Program-made: the position numbers and the translations under genes
The notes under the pieces: model-generated
Told to the model about the DNA's origin: nothing
Database searches by the model: none
What the model saw: the letters and a program-made list of their open reading frames with translations, nothing else
Part shown: positions 18,904-29,830 of the stretch, piece by piece
Layout: every line of letters begins with the position of its first letter
Position numbering within the stretch: position 1 is the first letter of the stretch
Source: Longimicrobiales bacterium
GTDB lineage: Bacteria > Gemmatimonadota > Gemmatimonadetes > Longimicrobiales > Gaopeijiaceae
DNA length: 64,000 bases
Direction: 5' to 3'
NCBI GenBank assembly: GCA_963664435.2
Contig: CAXXKM010000001.1
Coordinates: 1,344,001 to 1,408,000 of the forward strand

Positions 18904-20160
18904 ATGAGAGAGATGAGCGAGACAGACGGGGTGCAGGCCGGAGTCGGACGGCGTACAGCGGGATGGGAGAGGGCGTTGGCCGGGGGCCGGGCGCTGGTGG
19001 CCGCGGGCGCGGCGATGCTTCTGTGCGTCGCCTGCGGGGGCGACGGCGCCGATGCGGACGACAACAGCATCAAGGTGGGGGCCATCTTCGACCTCACCGG
19101 GCCCACCGCCGACGTGGGCACCGACTACGGCGACGGGGTGCGCGGCTTCGCGGACTGGGCCAACGCGCGGGGCGGAATCGAGGGACGTCCCATCGACCTC
19201 ATCTTCCAGGACTACGGATACCAGGTCGACCGCGCCGAGCAGCTCTACAGCCAGTTCGTGAACGAGGGCGCGGTGATCTTCATGGGATGGGGCACCGGCG
19301 ACACCGAAGCCCTGCGCATGCGCGTCGCCGAGGACGAGATCCCGTTCAGTTCCGCGTCCCTCTCGCATCGCCTCGGGGATCCGGCGGAGGCCCCGTACAA
19401 CTTCCTGCTGGCCACGACCTACAGCGACCAGTTCCGCATCGCGCTCGACTGGATCGCCCGGAACCACGGCGAAGGGACCCCCATCGTTGCGCTGATGCAC
19501 AACGCAAGCCCCTTCGGGCTGTCGCCGGCGAATCAGGGCGGGATCGAGTTCGCCCGGGCGCGGGGCATCGACCTGACGCTTTACGAGATGCCGCGCGGAG
19601 CGGTGGACTTCACCGCCGAGTTCTCGCGCATCCGCCAGAGCGGCGCGCAGTACGTCGTGTTCCAGAACACCTCCGGGCCAGCGGCGGTGGCGCTCCAGAA
19701 CGCGCGCAGCCTGGGGCTGGACGTCGCCTTCTTCTGCCTGAACTGGTGCTCGAACGCCCAGGTGGTGCGGTTGGCGGGAGACGCGGCGGAGGGCCTGATG
19801 GGGACGATGCCGTACGCGCCGCTGAGCGTGGATGTACCCGGCACGCGCGTCATCAGGGAGCACCTGGAGTCGAGGGGCGAGTCCGCCGAGGGCAAGACGA
19901 ACGCGTACACGCAGGGCTGGTGGACCTTCGCGGCTTTCGCCGAAGCGATGCGGCGGGTGCTGGCGGAGGGAGACGAGCTGACCGGGGCGAACATCAAGGC
20001 CGCCTTGGAGACGCTGTCCGACTACGACATGGGCGGGGTCACCGCGCCCGTGACCCTGACTTCCACGAACCACCGCGGGTCCGGGGGACTGCGCATCTTC
20101 CGGGTCGAGGACGGGGCCTGGGTTCCGTTCACGGACTTCGTCCAGGCGCCGGCGTCCTGA
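18904..20160 (+). CDS. ABC transporter substrate-binding lipoprotein (LivJ/K-like)
   Basis: Lipobox CVAC; IKVGAIFDLTGPTA; INARGG-like motif ANARGGIEGRPI. Confidence 0.88.
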   Translation: MREMSETDGVQAGVGRRTAGWERALAGGRALVAAGAAMLLCVACGGDGADADDNSIKVGAIFDLTGPTADVGTDYGDGVRGFADWANARGGIEGRPIDLIFQDYGYQVDRAEQLYSQFVNEGAVIFMGWGTGDTEALRMRVAEDEIPFSSASLSHRLGDPAEAPYNFLLATTYSDQFRIALDWIARNHGEGTPIVALMHNASPFGLSPANQGGIEFARARGIDLTLYEMPRGAVDFTAEFSRIRQSGAQYVVFQNTSGPAAVALQNARSLGLDVAFFCLNWCSNAQVVRLAGDAAEGLMGTMPYAPLSVDVPGTRVIREHLESRGESAEGKTNAYTQGWWTFAAFAEAMRRVLAEGDELTGANIKAALETLSDYDMGGVTAPVTLTSTNHRGSGGLRIFRVEDGAWVPFTDFVQAPAS

Positions 20161-20170
20161 GGGCGGCGGG

Positions 20171-21124
20171 ATGACGGATTCGGCTTCCGGCCGGCGCGGC
20201 GTGGCGGCGTCGAATGGGCGGTCGGATGCAGGTTCCGGCCCAGCTCGCCGGTCCGATGCGGCTTCCGGTCCAGCTCCGCGGTCGGATGCAGCTGCCAGTC
20301 CAGCTCCGCGGTCCGACCCGGACACAACGCCGCTTCTCGGTCTCAACAACATCGAAGTTCTCTACGACGACGTGATCCTCGTGCTGAGGGGACTGTCGCT
20401 CGAGGTGGCGGAAGGCGGGATCGCCGCCCTGCTGGGCTCCAACGGAGCGGGCAAGACCACGACCCTCAAGGCGATCTCGGGGCTGCTCTACGTCGAGGAC
20501 GGCGAGGTCAGCGACGGGACCATCGTGTTCGACGGCGAGGAGATCCAGGGAATGGATGCCCACCGCATCGTGGAGAAGGGCGTCTTTCAGGTCCTTGAAG
20601 GAAGGCGGGTCTTCGAGCACCTGACCGTGCGCGAGAACCTGCTGGCCGGGGGATACACACGCGGCACCCGGCGCGGCCTGAACGCCGACGCCGACAAGGT
20701 CTACCACTACTTTCCGGCGCTTGCGGAACGGCGCGGGCAGCTCGCGGGACACCTCTCGGGTGGCGAGCAGCAGATGCTCGCGCTTGGGCGGGCGCTGATG
20801 GCTTCACCGCGCATGATGCTGCTCGACGAGCCCTCGCTCGGGCTGGCTCCGATGCTGGTCGAAAGCATTTTCGAGATCGTGCGGCGCATCAACCGCGAGG
20901 AGGGGACGACGATTCTGCTGGTCGAGCAGAACGCGCGCGTTGCGCTGTCGGTGGCCGACTACGGCTACATCATGGAGGGGGGTCGGGTCGTGCTGGAGGG
21001 CGCCGCCGAGGAGCTGCGCACCAACGAGGACGTGAAGGAGTTCTACCTGGGGCTGGGCGATGGCGGGCGGCGGTCGTACCGGGACGTGAAGCACTACCGG
21101 CGGCGCAAGCGGTGGCTGTCGTAA
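20171..21124 (+). CDS. ABC ATP-binding protein (LivF-like) with repetitive N-terminal extension
   Basis: GSNGAGKTT, LSGGEQQMLA, LLDEPSLGLAP, C-terminal YRRRKRWLS. Confidence 0.92.
   Translation: MTDSASGRRGVAASNGRSDAGSGPARRSDAASGPAPRSDAAASPAPRSDPDTTPLLGLNNIEVLYDDVILVLRGLSLEVAEGGIAALLGSNGAGKTTTLKAISGLLYVEDGEVSDGTIVFDGEEIQGMDAHRIVEKGVFQVLEGRRVFEHLTVRENLLAGGYTRGTRRGLNADADKVYHYFPALAERRGQLAGHLSGGEQQMLALGRALMASPRMMLLDEPSLGLAPMLVESIFEIVRRINREEGTTILLVEQNARVALSVADYGYIMEGGRVVLEGAAEELRTNEDVKEFYLGLGDGGRRSYRDVKHYRRRKRWLS
20219..20316 (+). repeat. 30-bp tandem repeat x3.3 (in-frame RSDA..PA)
   Basis: CGGTCGGATGCAGGTTCCGGCCCAGCTCGC and variants. Confidence 0.8.
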
Positions 21125-21167
21125 CGGGAACCCGGTACTTCGCATCGGGACCGGGAGCGCGCGCCTG

Positions 21168-22475
21168 ATGACCCGTCGGGACGGAGCGCATGGCGGCTCC
21201 CCGCGGGCGCGATCCGGCCCGGACCGGGACGCATCGGAGGACTGGAACGCGCGGCAGGACCGGCTGGCGGCGCGGGCGGTTGCCTTGGGGGCCGGGCACA
21301 GTCCCGAGATCGGGCGACGGCTGGCGGCCGCCGGGATGTCGATCGGGGACGTCACCGGGGTCGCGGACCTGAGCGCGATCCCGGTGCTGGCGAAGGACGA
21401 CCTGCCCGCGCTACAGGCCGCCGATCCGCCCTTCGGCGGGATGCTCGCCGTGGCTGCGGGCGCGCTGGCGCGCATCTACCGCTCGCCGGGGCCGATCAAC
21501 GACCCGCAGGGAGCCGGCGACGACTTCTGGCGCTTCGCGCCGGCCCTGCGCGCCGCCGGCTTCCGCCCCGGCGAGGTGGTGCTGAACAGCTTCTCGTACC
21601 ACCTGACGCCGGGCGGCCTGATGCTCGACGGGGGACTGCGCGCGGCGGGATGCGTGGTGATCCCCGGGGGCGTGGCGGCCACCACCGCCCAGATCGAGGC
21701 GGCGCGCGCGGCGGGCGCCACCGGCTACACCGGCACGCCCCAGTTTCTGCTGACCCTGCTCGAGCGGGCAGCAGAGTCGGGTGGGTCGGGTCGGCCGGGT
21801 GGGCCGCCTGGGTTCGAGCGCGCGCTGGTGACGGGCGCGCCCCTGCCGCCTTCGTTGCGCGCCCGCCTGCAGGACGACTTCGGCGTGGACGTCTACCAGG
21901 CCTATGCCGCGGCGGACACCGGGCTGCTCGGCTACGAGTGCGCCGGGAAGGACGGGTGGCACGTGGCGCCGGGCGTGGTGGTCGAGGTGCTGGCCCCCGG
22001 GGACGATCGGCCGGCTGCGGAGGGGGAGGCGGGGCAGGTGGTGGTCACCAGCCCCAACCAGGTCTACCCGCTGGTGCGCTTCGGCACCGGCGACCTGTCC
22101 GCGTGGAACCGCGCGCCCTGCCCGTGCGGCCGCCCCGGCCCCCGCCTGGCCGGCTTCCTGGGGAGGGTGGGGGAAGGCGTCAAGGTGAAGGGCATGTTCG
22201 TGCACCCGCGGGAGCTGGCCGCGGCGCTGGGGTCCAATCCGGCCGTAGCGCGCTACCAGGCGGTGGTGACCGACGAGGGCGCGCGCGACGTGTTCACCGT
22301 GCGGGTCGAGCCGCCACCCGGAGCCGTGGTGGACGAACCCGAACTCACCGCGAGCATCCGCGAGGCCGTGAAGATCCGCCCGGTCGTGGAGGTGGTTCCC
22401 ACCGGGACCATCCCTGACGATCCACGCCCGCTGGTGGACGCACGGGAGGACGAGCGCCGCGGCCGTCGTCATTGA
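21168..22475 (+). CDS. Phenylacetate-CoA ligase family protein
   Basis: NSFSYHLTPGG, YTGTPQFL, YPLVRFGTGDLS, KVKGMFVHP. Confidence 0.88.
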   Translation: MTRRDGAHGGSPRARSGPDRDASEDWNARQDRLAARAVALGAGHSPEIGRRLAAAGMSIGDVTGVADLSAIPVLAKDDLPALQAADPPFGGMLAVAAGALARIYRSPGPINDPQGAGDDFWRFAPALRAAGFRPGEVVLNSFSYHLTPGGLMLDGGLRAAGCVVIPGGVAATTAQIEAARAAGATGYTGTPQFLLTLLERAAESGGSGRPGGPPGFERALVTGAPLPPSLRARLQDDFGVDVYQAYAAADTGLLGYECAGKDGWHVAPGVVVEVLAPGDDRPAAEGEAGQVVVTSPNQVYPLVRFGTGDLSAWNRAPCPCGRPGPRLAGFLGRVGEGVKVKGMFVHPRELAAALGSNPAVARYQAVVTDEGARDVFTVRVEPPPGAVVDEPELTASIREAVKIRPVVEVVPTGTIPDDPRPLVDAREDERRGRRH

Positions 22476-22839
22476 CTGACGTCGTGATGCGTGCCCTGAG
22501 TTTCCTGGCCGGCCTGCCCGGCTGGGCGCTGATGGTTGCTCTGACGGCAGCCGGCATCGCCGTCGGATGGTTGTGCGAACGCCTCCTTGCCCGCTGGGCT
22601 CACTCCGTGAGGCGACCGACCACGAAGAGGTGGGCACACGCCCTTCTGGATTCGGTGCGCCGGCTTCCGATGATCTGGTTCGCGACCGCCGCCCTGTATC
22701 CCGGCGTGAGCATTGCGGGATACGGCGAGCCCGTCAATTCCTGGTTCGGCACGAATTGGTCAAGCGGATTCACAAGCGCTACGGGGCCGAGGGAACCGAA
22801 ATCCCCTTCCCCATCCGGACGGTCCATATGCGGAATTGA
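22472..22839 (+). pseudogene. MscS family channel remnant with internal deletion
   Basis: N-terminal TM segment in one frame, then in another frame QFLVRHELVKRIHKRYGAEGTEIPFPIRTVHM (MscS C-terminus); the core is missing. Confidence 0.65.
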
Positions 22840-22851
22840 CCTCGCGATGCT

Positions 22852-25197
22852 TCAGAAGGGCCAGAAAACCGGGGTCACGAGCATGACCACCGCGAACACG
22901 ACAGCGGTCAGGGGAAGTCCCACGCGCAGGTAGTCGGTGAACCGGTAGCCGCCGGGTCCCATGACGAGAACGTTCGCCGGATGGGAGACGGGGCTGGCGA
23001 AGCTCGCCGATGCGGCCATCGCCGTAGCCATCATCAGGGGGTATGGGGAGATGCCCAGGCTCTCCGCCGTGCCCAGCACGATGGGGGACATGAGCACCAC
23101 GAGGGCCGCGGTTGGAATGACCTGGGTCGCCAGAGAAGTAACAATGAACAGCGCGCCCATGGCGGCGAGGGGCCCGAAGTCTCCAACCGTTCCCACAACC
23201 GCATCCGCAAGGAGCGCCGAAGCGCCGGCGTCCTGCAGCGCCACGCCCAGGGGAAGCATCCCGGCGATCAGGAAGACGGCCTGCCACTCGATGGACCGGT
23301 ACGCCTCCTCCATGGTCAGACACCCGAAGAGGACCATGAGGGCGGCGCCTCCCACGGCGGCGATGGAGATAGGCAGCCACCCCAGGAGGACGGGCCCCAG
23401 CGTGACGCCAAGGATCATGGCCGCGACCGGCGCCTTGCGACGCCGGGGCGGCGTCTGCACGCCCTGGGTCAGAACGAGGAAGTTCGGATCCGAGGCGAGG
23501 ACGCGGAGGTTCTCGCGAGGTCCATGAACGAGCAGCGCGTCACCGGAGCGCAGTGGCAGGTCGCGGAGTCCGGTTCGATGGGGCCGCCCCTCGCGCCAGA
23601 TCGCGAGCACCATCAGCCCGAACTTCCTGCGGAAGCTGAGCTGACGGAGCGATTGCCCCACGAGTCTCGTATGGGGTGAGAGGACGACCTCGGCGATCCC
23701 TACGTCCTCGGTTTCGAGCGCGGGGCTCTCCTCCGTCCCCTCGACCTCGACCTCGAGCTCTCGAATTCCCTTCAGTGTGGCCAACCCTTCGGGCCGGCCT
23801 TTCACAACCAGCAGGTCCCCTGCCTGCAGGTGCTCGCCGGGCTCAGGCATCTCGATCATCCGGCCCTCGCGAAGCATGCTGATCACCCAAAGCCCCAGAG
23901 CGGCGCCCAATCCGCACTGCTTCAACGTCTGGCCCACCAGGAAGGAGTCACGGGGCACCCGAACCGCAAACAGTTCTTCCTGGAGGCTGTAGAGGTCGAT
24001 GTGGTCGGCGGGAGCGACGGTCAGTTCCTCACGTGCGCCCAACTCCTCGACCTTGTCCGGTGGGCCCTGGACCAGCAGCGTGTCAGCGGGCTGAAGGGGC
24101 AGATCCTGGAGGGGAGCCGGCAGGGACCTCCCGTCGCGCCGGATCGCCATGACGCGAACCCCGTAACGGTCGTAGAAGTCCACGTCGCTGAGCGTGCGTC
24201 CCGTCAGCTCGGAGCCGCCGGGTACTCCGATCTCCGCGATTTCGAATTCGGGAGAGTCGAGCACCCTTACGCCCAGCCCCTCTTCGTCGATATCGAGGGC
24301 GGAGCTCTCGCGCAACTTGTCCAGCCGATCCACCGGCCCCTGAGCGACGATGCGGTCTCCCGCCCGGAGACGGAAGTCCGGGCCGGGCGAGGGTCGGGGC
24401 CGCCCGTCACGGATGACGGTGATGGCCTGAAGTCCGGCGACGGACCCGAGCCGGATTTCGCCGAGGCTCTTTCCTGCAAGAGGCGAAGCCTCGGGCAGTC
24501 TCAGGATGATGAACCGCTCATTCAGCCCGTAGATGTCCGGCAGCACCCGTTCATCGTCCCCTCCGACCCCCTCCACCCGGATGCGGCGCTTCGGCAACAG
24601 CCTGGGGACGGCCACGAGGATGAAGACGAAGCCCGCCGCCATCACGAGCAGTCCTACCGGCGAGTAGTCGAAGAGGCCGAAGGGCTCAAGACCCTCGTTT
24701 CGGAGTGCCCCTGCTACCAGAATGTTCGGTGGGGTGCCGATGAGGGTCGTCAGTCCACCCAGGAGGCACGCGTATGCGAGCGGCAGAAGAAGCCGCGAGG
24801 GTGGGATTCGGGTCTCTCTCGAGAGATCCATGATGACGGGCAGGAGTATCGCCGCCACGCCCACGTTGTTCATGAAGGCGGACGCCACGCCGGCGGTCAC
24901 CATGATGACCAGGATGATGCGGGGCTCGCTTCCGCCCGCAAAGCGTATGACCTGTCGCCCGACGAGGTTGGCGATGCCGGTGTGCGCGAGTCCCCCGCTC
25001 AGCACGAAAACGGCCCAGACGGTTACGACGGCCGGATTGGAGAACCCGGCGAGCGCCTCGGCCGGTTCGATGAGCCCGGTCACGGCAAGGAACACGAGCG
25101 TGAGGAGCGCGACCAGGTCCATGCGCAGTCGCCCGTGCGCGAAGAGGACGACGTCCACCACCAGAACCGCCAGCACGAGAACGAGTTCCACCGTCAC
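22852..25197 (-). CDS. SLC13/CitMHS permease with four TrkA_C domains
   Basis: SAFMNNVG, LGGLTTLIGTPPNI, repeated RCK_C segments, GPGGYRFTDYLRVG. Confidence 0.9.
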   Translation of the reverse strand: MTVELVLVLAVLVVDVVLFAHGRLRMDLVALLTLVFLAVTGLIEPAEALAGFSNPAVVTVWAVFVLSGGLAHTGIANLVGRQVIRFAGGSEPRIILVIMVTAGVASAFMNNVGVAAILLPVIMDLSRETRIPPSRLLLPLAYACLLGGLTTLIGTPPNILVAGALRNEGLEPFGLFDYSPVGLLVMAAGFVFILVAVPRLLPKRRIRVEGVGGDDERVLPDIYGLNERFIILRLPEASPLAGKSLGEIRLGSVAGLQAITVIRDGRPRPSPGPDFRLRAGDRIVAQGPVDRLDKLRESSALDIDEEGLGVRVLDSPEFEIAEIGVPGGSELTGRTLSDVDFYDRYGVRVMAIRRDGRSLPAPLQDLPLQPADTLLVQGPPDKVEELGAREELTVAPADHIDLYSLQEELFAVRVPRDSFLVGQTLKQCGLGAALGLWVISMLREGRMIEMPEPGEHLQAGDLLVVKGRPEGLATLKGIRELEVEVEGTEESPALETEDVGIAEVVLSPHTRLVGQSLRQLSFRRKFGLMVLAIWREGRPHRTGLRDLPLRSGDALLVHGPRENLRVLASDPNFLVLTQGVQTPPRRRKAPVAAMILGVTLGPVLLGWLPISIAAVGGAALMVLFGCLTMEEAYRSIEWQAVFLIAGMLPLGVALQDAGASALLADAVVGTVGDFGPLAAMGALFIVTSLATQVIPTAALVVLMSPIVLGTAESLGISPYPLMMATAMAASASFASPVSHPANVLVMGPGGYRFTDYLRVGLPLTAVVFAVVMLVTPVFWPF

Positions 25198-25388
25198 CAA
25201 CTGAGCCTCCAGGGCGGACCACGAACGAAACCTTCGCCGCGCAGGTGCGCCGCCGTCCGGCTTCGATCCGCGCCGTCCGGGGTACGAGACGCCCGATTCC
25301 GCGATTGGCGACCGCGCGACATCGCCCCTGGACACGTCGTTCGGGACCAATGTCGATGGCAGCCTGCGGACGATACCGCTTCTTCAGG

Positions 25389-26762
25389 ATGACGTCCATG
25401 GCGCCCCTGTTACAGGCAGTTCCCATCCTCGTGGCCACCTTTGGTTGCAGCGGGCCGTTGTCGGGAAGCGCGCCTTCCCCGCAAGCGGACGATCCGGGGT
25501 GCCGGCCTCCCGTGTTCTCGCTGTCGGGGGACCATCGCACTCGCTACGAGCGCCTGAGCAACCAGTTCCGCGCCGGTCTGGACGGCGTCGCCCGCGCGCT
25601 GATGCTCCGCACCCGGGTCTCGGCAGAGCTTGACGTGGGATACTTCAGGCTGCGCGCCGAGCTGCAGGACTCCCGGGCGCATCTGGCGGATTCCGCGGCT
25701 GCCCTGACGACCAGCATGGTGAACCCGCTGGAGCTGCTGCAGGCCCATGTCGAGATCCCGCTCGACGGCCTTCTTCAGCGGGGAAGCCGAAGCATCCTGC
25801 GCGCGGGCCGCCTCACCATGGACATCGGCAGCCGACGCCTGATCTCGCGCAATCGATTCCGCAACACGTCCGACGGGTTCACGGGGGTCGAGTGGCGGTG
25901 GACGGGTCCGAACGACACGCGCACGCGCGCGTTTTACACGCTGCCGGTGGAGCGACGTGTCTCCGGGAACATCCTCGACAACGGTCCACGCCTGGACAAG
26001 GAATGGACCAACGTACGCCTGTGGGGCGTTCATTTCTCGCGCCCGGACCTCCCATGGGGCGACCGGGGCGAGGTCTACTACTATGGCCTGAGAGAGGGGG
26101 ACGCTCCCGGGCTGGCCACCGCCGATCGGCATCTTCACACCATCGGAGTCCGATTCCATCGTCCCGCGACCATCTCCGGTTTCGACTACGAGTTCGAGTC
26201 CGCGTTCCAGTTCGGCCGATCGCGCGCCTCGCCTGCCGCTGCGGCGGACCTGACGCACGTCGCCCACCTTCAGCACATCGCCGCAGGGTATACCCTGGCC
26301 GCGCCGGGCACCCCCCGGCTGCAGCTTCAATTCGACCATGCCAGCGGTGACCGCGATCCGACGGATGGCCGCAACAACCGGTTCAGCAGCCTGTACGGGT
26401 CGCGCTCGTTCGAATTCGGACCCAGCGGCATTCACGGCGCCTTCGCCCGCGCCAACCTGACGACGCCCGGCGTGCGACTGACGCTCGCGCCTCGGCCTGG
26501 CGTGGACGTGACGGGTTCCGCGCGCGGCTACTGGCTGGCGTCCTCCGCGGATGAATGGACGACAGCGGGCATTGCAAACACCGGCGGAAGAACCGCCCGG
26601 CACGTCGGAACCCAGTGGGAGCTCATCGGCGGATGGGAAGTGGCTGCCGCCCGCGTCCGCCTGGAAGCGGGCCTGGTGCGACTGACCGCGGGCGAGGTGA
26701 TGAGGGACGCGGCCAAGGGGGACGCAACGTACACCTTCGCGCAGACCACGCTGTCATTCTGA
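25389..26762 (+). CDS. Alginate export family outer-membrane beta-barrel
   Basis: HRTRYE, ELQDSR, LELLQA, GSRRLISRNRFRNT, ASGDRDPTDG; C-terminal Phe. Start approximate. Confidence 0.8.
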   Translation: MTSMAPLLQAVPILVATFGCSGPLSGSAPSPQADDPGCRPPVFSLSGDHRTRYERLSNQFRAGLDGVARALMLRTRVSAELDVGYFRLRAELQDSRAHLADSAAALTTSMVNPLELLQAHVEIPLDGLLQRGSRSILRAGRLTMDIGSRRLISRNRFRNTSDGFTGVEWRWTGPNDTRTRAFYTLPVERRVSGNILDNGPRLDKEWTNVRLWGVHFSRPDLPWGDRGEVYYYGLREGDAPGLATADRHLHTIGVRFHRPATISGFDYEFESAFQFGRSRASPAAAADLTHVAHLQHIAAGYTLAAPGTPRLQLQFDHASGDRDPTDGRNNRFSSLYGSRSFEFGPSGIHGAFARANLTTPGVRLTLAPRPGVDVTGSARGYWLASSADEWTTAGIANTGGRTARHVGTQWELIGGWEVAAARVRLEAGLVRLTAGEVMRDAAKGDATYTFAQTTLSF

Positions 26763-26843
26763 GCGCGAGAGGTGCGTTTCGGGGGACGCGCCGCCGTTCG
26801 ACCACGACTTCGCGCAGGAAGGAGCGGGGGATCCCGGCTTGGC

Positions 26844-28621
26844 TCAGCTCGGCCAGAAGAGGGGGATGAAGAGGGTAGCCGTGACCAGGAGGATGAGGTT
26901 GAGCAGGCCGCCCACCTTCACGAAGTCCATGAAGCGGTAACCGCCCGGCCCGTAGATCATGACGTTGGTCTGATAGCCGAACGGGGTGACGAAGGAGGCC
27001 GATGCCCCGAACATGACGGCGACGAGCAACGCGTACGGGTTTACCCCGCCCTGCGTGGCCGCGAAGATCGCGACCGGGGTGAGCATCACCGCCGTCGCCG
27101 CATTGGACACGACGGCCGTCATGACGGCGGTCAACAGATAGAAGGCCGCGATCAGCCCGAACTCTCCCAGCGGTGACGAGAGGGTCACCACCCAGCCCGC
27201 GAGCAACTCCGCCGCCCCGGTGGTCTCGAGCGCCACGCCGAGCGGAATGAGGCCGGCCAGAACGAAGATGACCAGCCATTCCACCTCCCCGTAGATCTCC
27301 TCGATGTGCACGCAGCGCGTGAACACCATCAGGATCACGCCGGTGAGCGCGGCCGTCATGATATCGAGCACACCGAAGCTGGCGCTGAGCACGACGCCGG
27401 CCATGATCGCCGCGGCTACGCCGGCCCGCGGCCTGTTCCCCGCGTCCGCCTTCACTTCCGCCATGGGGACGAACCCGGGATCCTCGGCGAGGCGTTGAAG
27501 CGCGGTCGTCGTCCCGCGCACGAGGAGCAGATCGCCGACGCGGAACGAGATGTCCGCCAGCCTTTCCTGTACGGTGACGCCGTGCTGCTGTATGGCAATC
27601 ACCGTCGCATCGAAGAGTTGTGCGAAGCTCAGATCGCGGAGCGTGCGGCCTACGAAACTCGAGCCGGGCGCCACGAGGACCTCGACCAGCCGGCGCGCCC
27701 CCCCGCCCGGTCGAGCTCGTGCTCCTTCCGTTCCCTGGGGGTCTCGAGTCGCTGCCGGCGCGCGAGCTCGAGGAGATGTCTGGCGGGGCCCTGCACGTAG
27801 AGGATGTCGCCCGGATGTATGTGACGATCTCCGTGGGGCGCGGTAATCTCCTGGTCGCCCCGTTCGATGTCCAGCACCGTGACGCCATAGCGTTCGCCCC
27901 ACCTCAGCTGGGCCAGCGAGCGGCCGTTCGCGGGCGAGTCTTCCGGGACGTGCAGTTCCGTGACGAAGCGCCGGACGTCGTACTTGGCGGACAGGTCCGG
28001 CGGCCTGAAGCGCCGCGGCAGCAGCACCCGGCCAGCGGTAAACAGATACAGCAGGCCCACGGCCAGACAGATCAGGCCCAGCGGGGTGATCGAGAACATG
28101 CCCAGGTCGTCGAACCCCCGCCTCATCGCTTCGCCGTGCACGACCAGGTTGGTGGTGGTCCCCATCAGAGTGACCGTGCCCCCGAGAATCGAGACGAAGG
28201 AGAGCGGCATGAGATACCTGGAAGCGGGCTCCTCGGCCTGCTCGGCGAGCGCGACGAAAACAGGCAGAAACACCAGCACGACGGCGGTGGTCATCAGAAA
28301 CGGCGACAGGAACGCACAGATGAGGCAGAGCGCGAACATGCGCGCGTACTTGCCGCCAAGGGGCGCGGTTCGCGCCCAGGCCCCGATGGCGGACACGAGG
28401 CCGGTCTTGCGAAGCCCCAGGCCAAGCACGAGCATCGAGCCAACCGTCACGGTCGCGCGGCTCGACAGGCCCGATACCGCTTCTGCCGGCGTGAGGATGC
28501 CGCTCAGGAGGAGGACGACCGGGACCGCCATCGCCACCTGGTCCACCCGAAGCCGGTCGAGGGCGAACAGGACGAGCACCGCCAGGGTCAGACCGAGCAC
28601 CAATGCGATGTCGAGCGTCAT
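26844..28621 (-). pseudogene. Second SLC13/TrkA_C permease, frameshifted at a G7 tract
   Basis: ORF 27650-28621 holds the N-half and 26844-27902 the C-half (TPFGYQTNVMIYGPGGYRF); they join at the C7 run 27698-27704. Confidence 0.8.
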
Positions 28622-28738
28622 GTGGCGTTACTCACCTCTCGCCTGTCCCGGCGCTTCCTGGCGGGTGGCTGAGTATGGCCCGCCCCGGGCACCACGCCGT
28701 ACCTTGAGCCTGGATTGCCGCGAACCCCGGAGGTTGCG

Positions 28739-29830
28739 ATGAAACACCTTTTTTCGCTCGATGTTCATCCGGCCCTCAGGCCGGTCGTCCCGGGCTTCCT
28801 CGCACTGGCCCTCTCGTTGCCGGCCGCCACGGTCGCCGCCGCGACGCCGCAATCGGGCGAGGTGCGCATCGTCCAGACGAATTCGGCCGGCGACAACGTA
28901 CACATCATCGACCCGGTCACCAACGAGGTCGTGCAGATCATTGAGGGGATCCCGAAGGCGCACGGGGTCGCGGCGCAGCCGGACGGGAGCGTCCTCTACT
29001 TCAGCAACGAGATCCACCGCACGCTGGAGATCGTGCCGACCGACGTTATGGAGGTCACAGAGCGAATCCCGCTCTCCGGACGGCCGCACAACGTCGCGAT
29101 CGGCAACGACGGCCGAAAGGTGTACGTCGCCATCATCCAGGATTGCAGCTGCGTCGATGTCGTGGACCTCGAGAGAGGCGAGGTGGTCAAGTCGATCGCG
29201 ACGCTGGGGACGGTGCACAACGTGTTCATGTCGCCCGACGGGCGGCACGTGGCCGCGGGGATGATCGGCGCGCGCACCCTGACCATCATCGACACCTCGA
29301 TCGACGAGGCGATCTGGTCGCTCCATTTCAGCGGCCGCACGACGGGCGGCTACGCGGACGGGGGCGTGCGCCCGATGGCCTTCGAGACCCATCCGGACGG
29401 CTCGACCAAGCGCCTGTTCATCCAGATCTCCAACTATCACGGCGTCTACGTGGTGGACTTCGCGCAGCGAAAGGTCGTGCAGAAGCTGGACATGCCCAGT
29501 CTCCCGATCTCGCGCGTGACGAACGACGCGCTCCAGGGATCGCCGGGCCACGGCCTCGCCGTCTCGCCGGACGGACGCCAGCTGTGGTCGACGAGCAAAC
29601 CCAACGGGCACGTCTACGCGTGGTCGCTGCCGGACCTCGAATACCTCGGAGGCGTCGAGGTCGGCCACATCCCCGACTGGCTGACGATGACGCCCGACAG
29701 CCGCTACCTGTACGTGGCGAACGCCGGATCGAACGACGTGTCGGTCGTCGATACGCGGGAGATGAGGGAGATCGCGCGCATTCCGGTGGGCCAGGTGCCG
29801 AAGCGCAACAAGACGGTGGTGTTCCCGTGA
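28739..29830 (+). CDS. YncE/YVTN beta-propeller, secreted
   Basis: Signal peptide; repeats of HGVA-PDG, HNVA-DGRKVYV, YVANAGSNDVSVVD. Confidence 0.85.
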   Translation: MKHLFSLDVHPALRPVVPGFLALALSLPAATVAAATPQSGEVRIVQTNSAGDNVHIIDPVTNEVVQIIEGIPKAHGVAAQPDGSVLYFSNEIHRTLEIVPTDVMEVTERIPLSGRPHNVAIGNDGRKVYVAIIQDCSCVDVVDLERGEVVKSIATLGTVHNVFMSPDGRHVAAGMIGARTLTIIDTSIDEAIWSLHFSGRTTGGYADGGVRPMAFETHPDGSTKRLFIQISNYHGVYVVDFAQRKVVQKLDMPSLPISRVTNDALQGSPGHGLAVSPDGRQLWSTSKPNGHVYAWSLPDLEYLGGVEVGHIPDWLTMTPDSRYLYVANAGSNDVSVVDTREMREIARIPVGQVPKRNKTVVFP

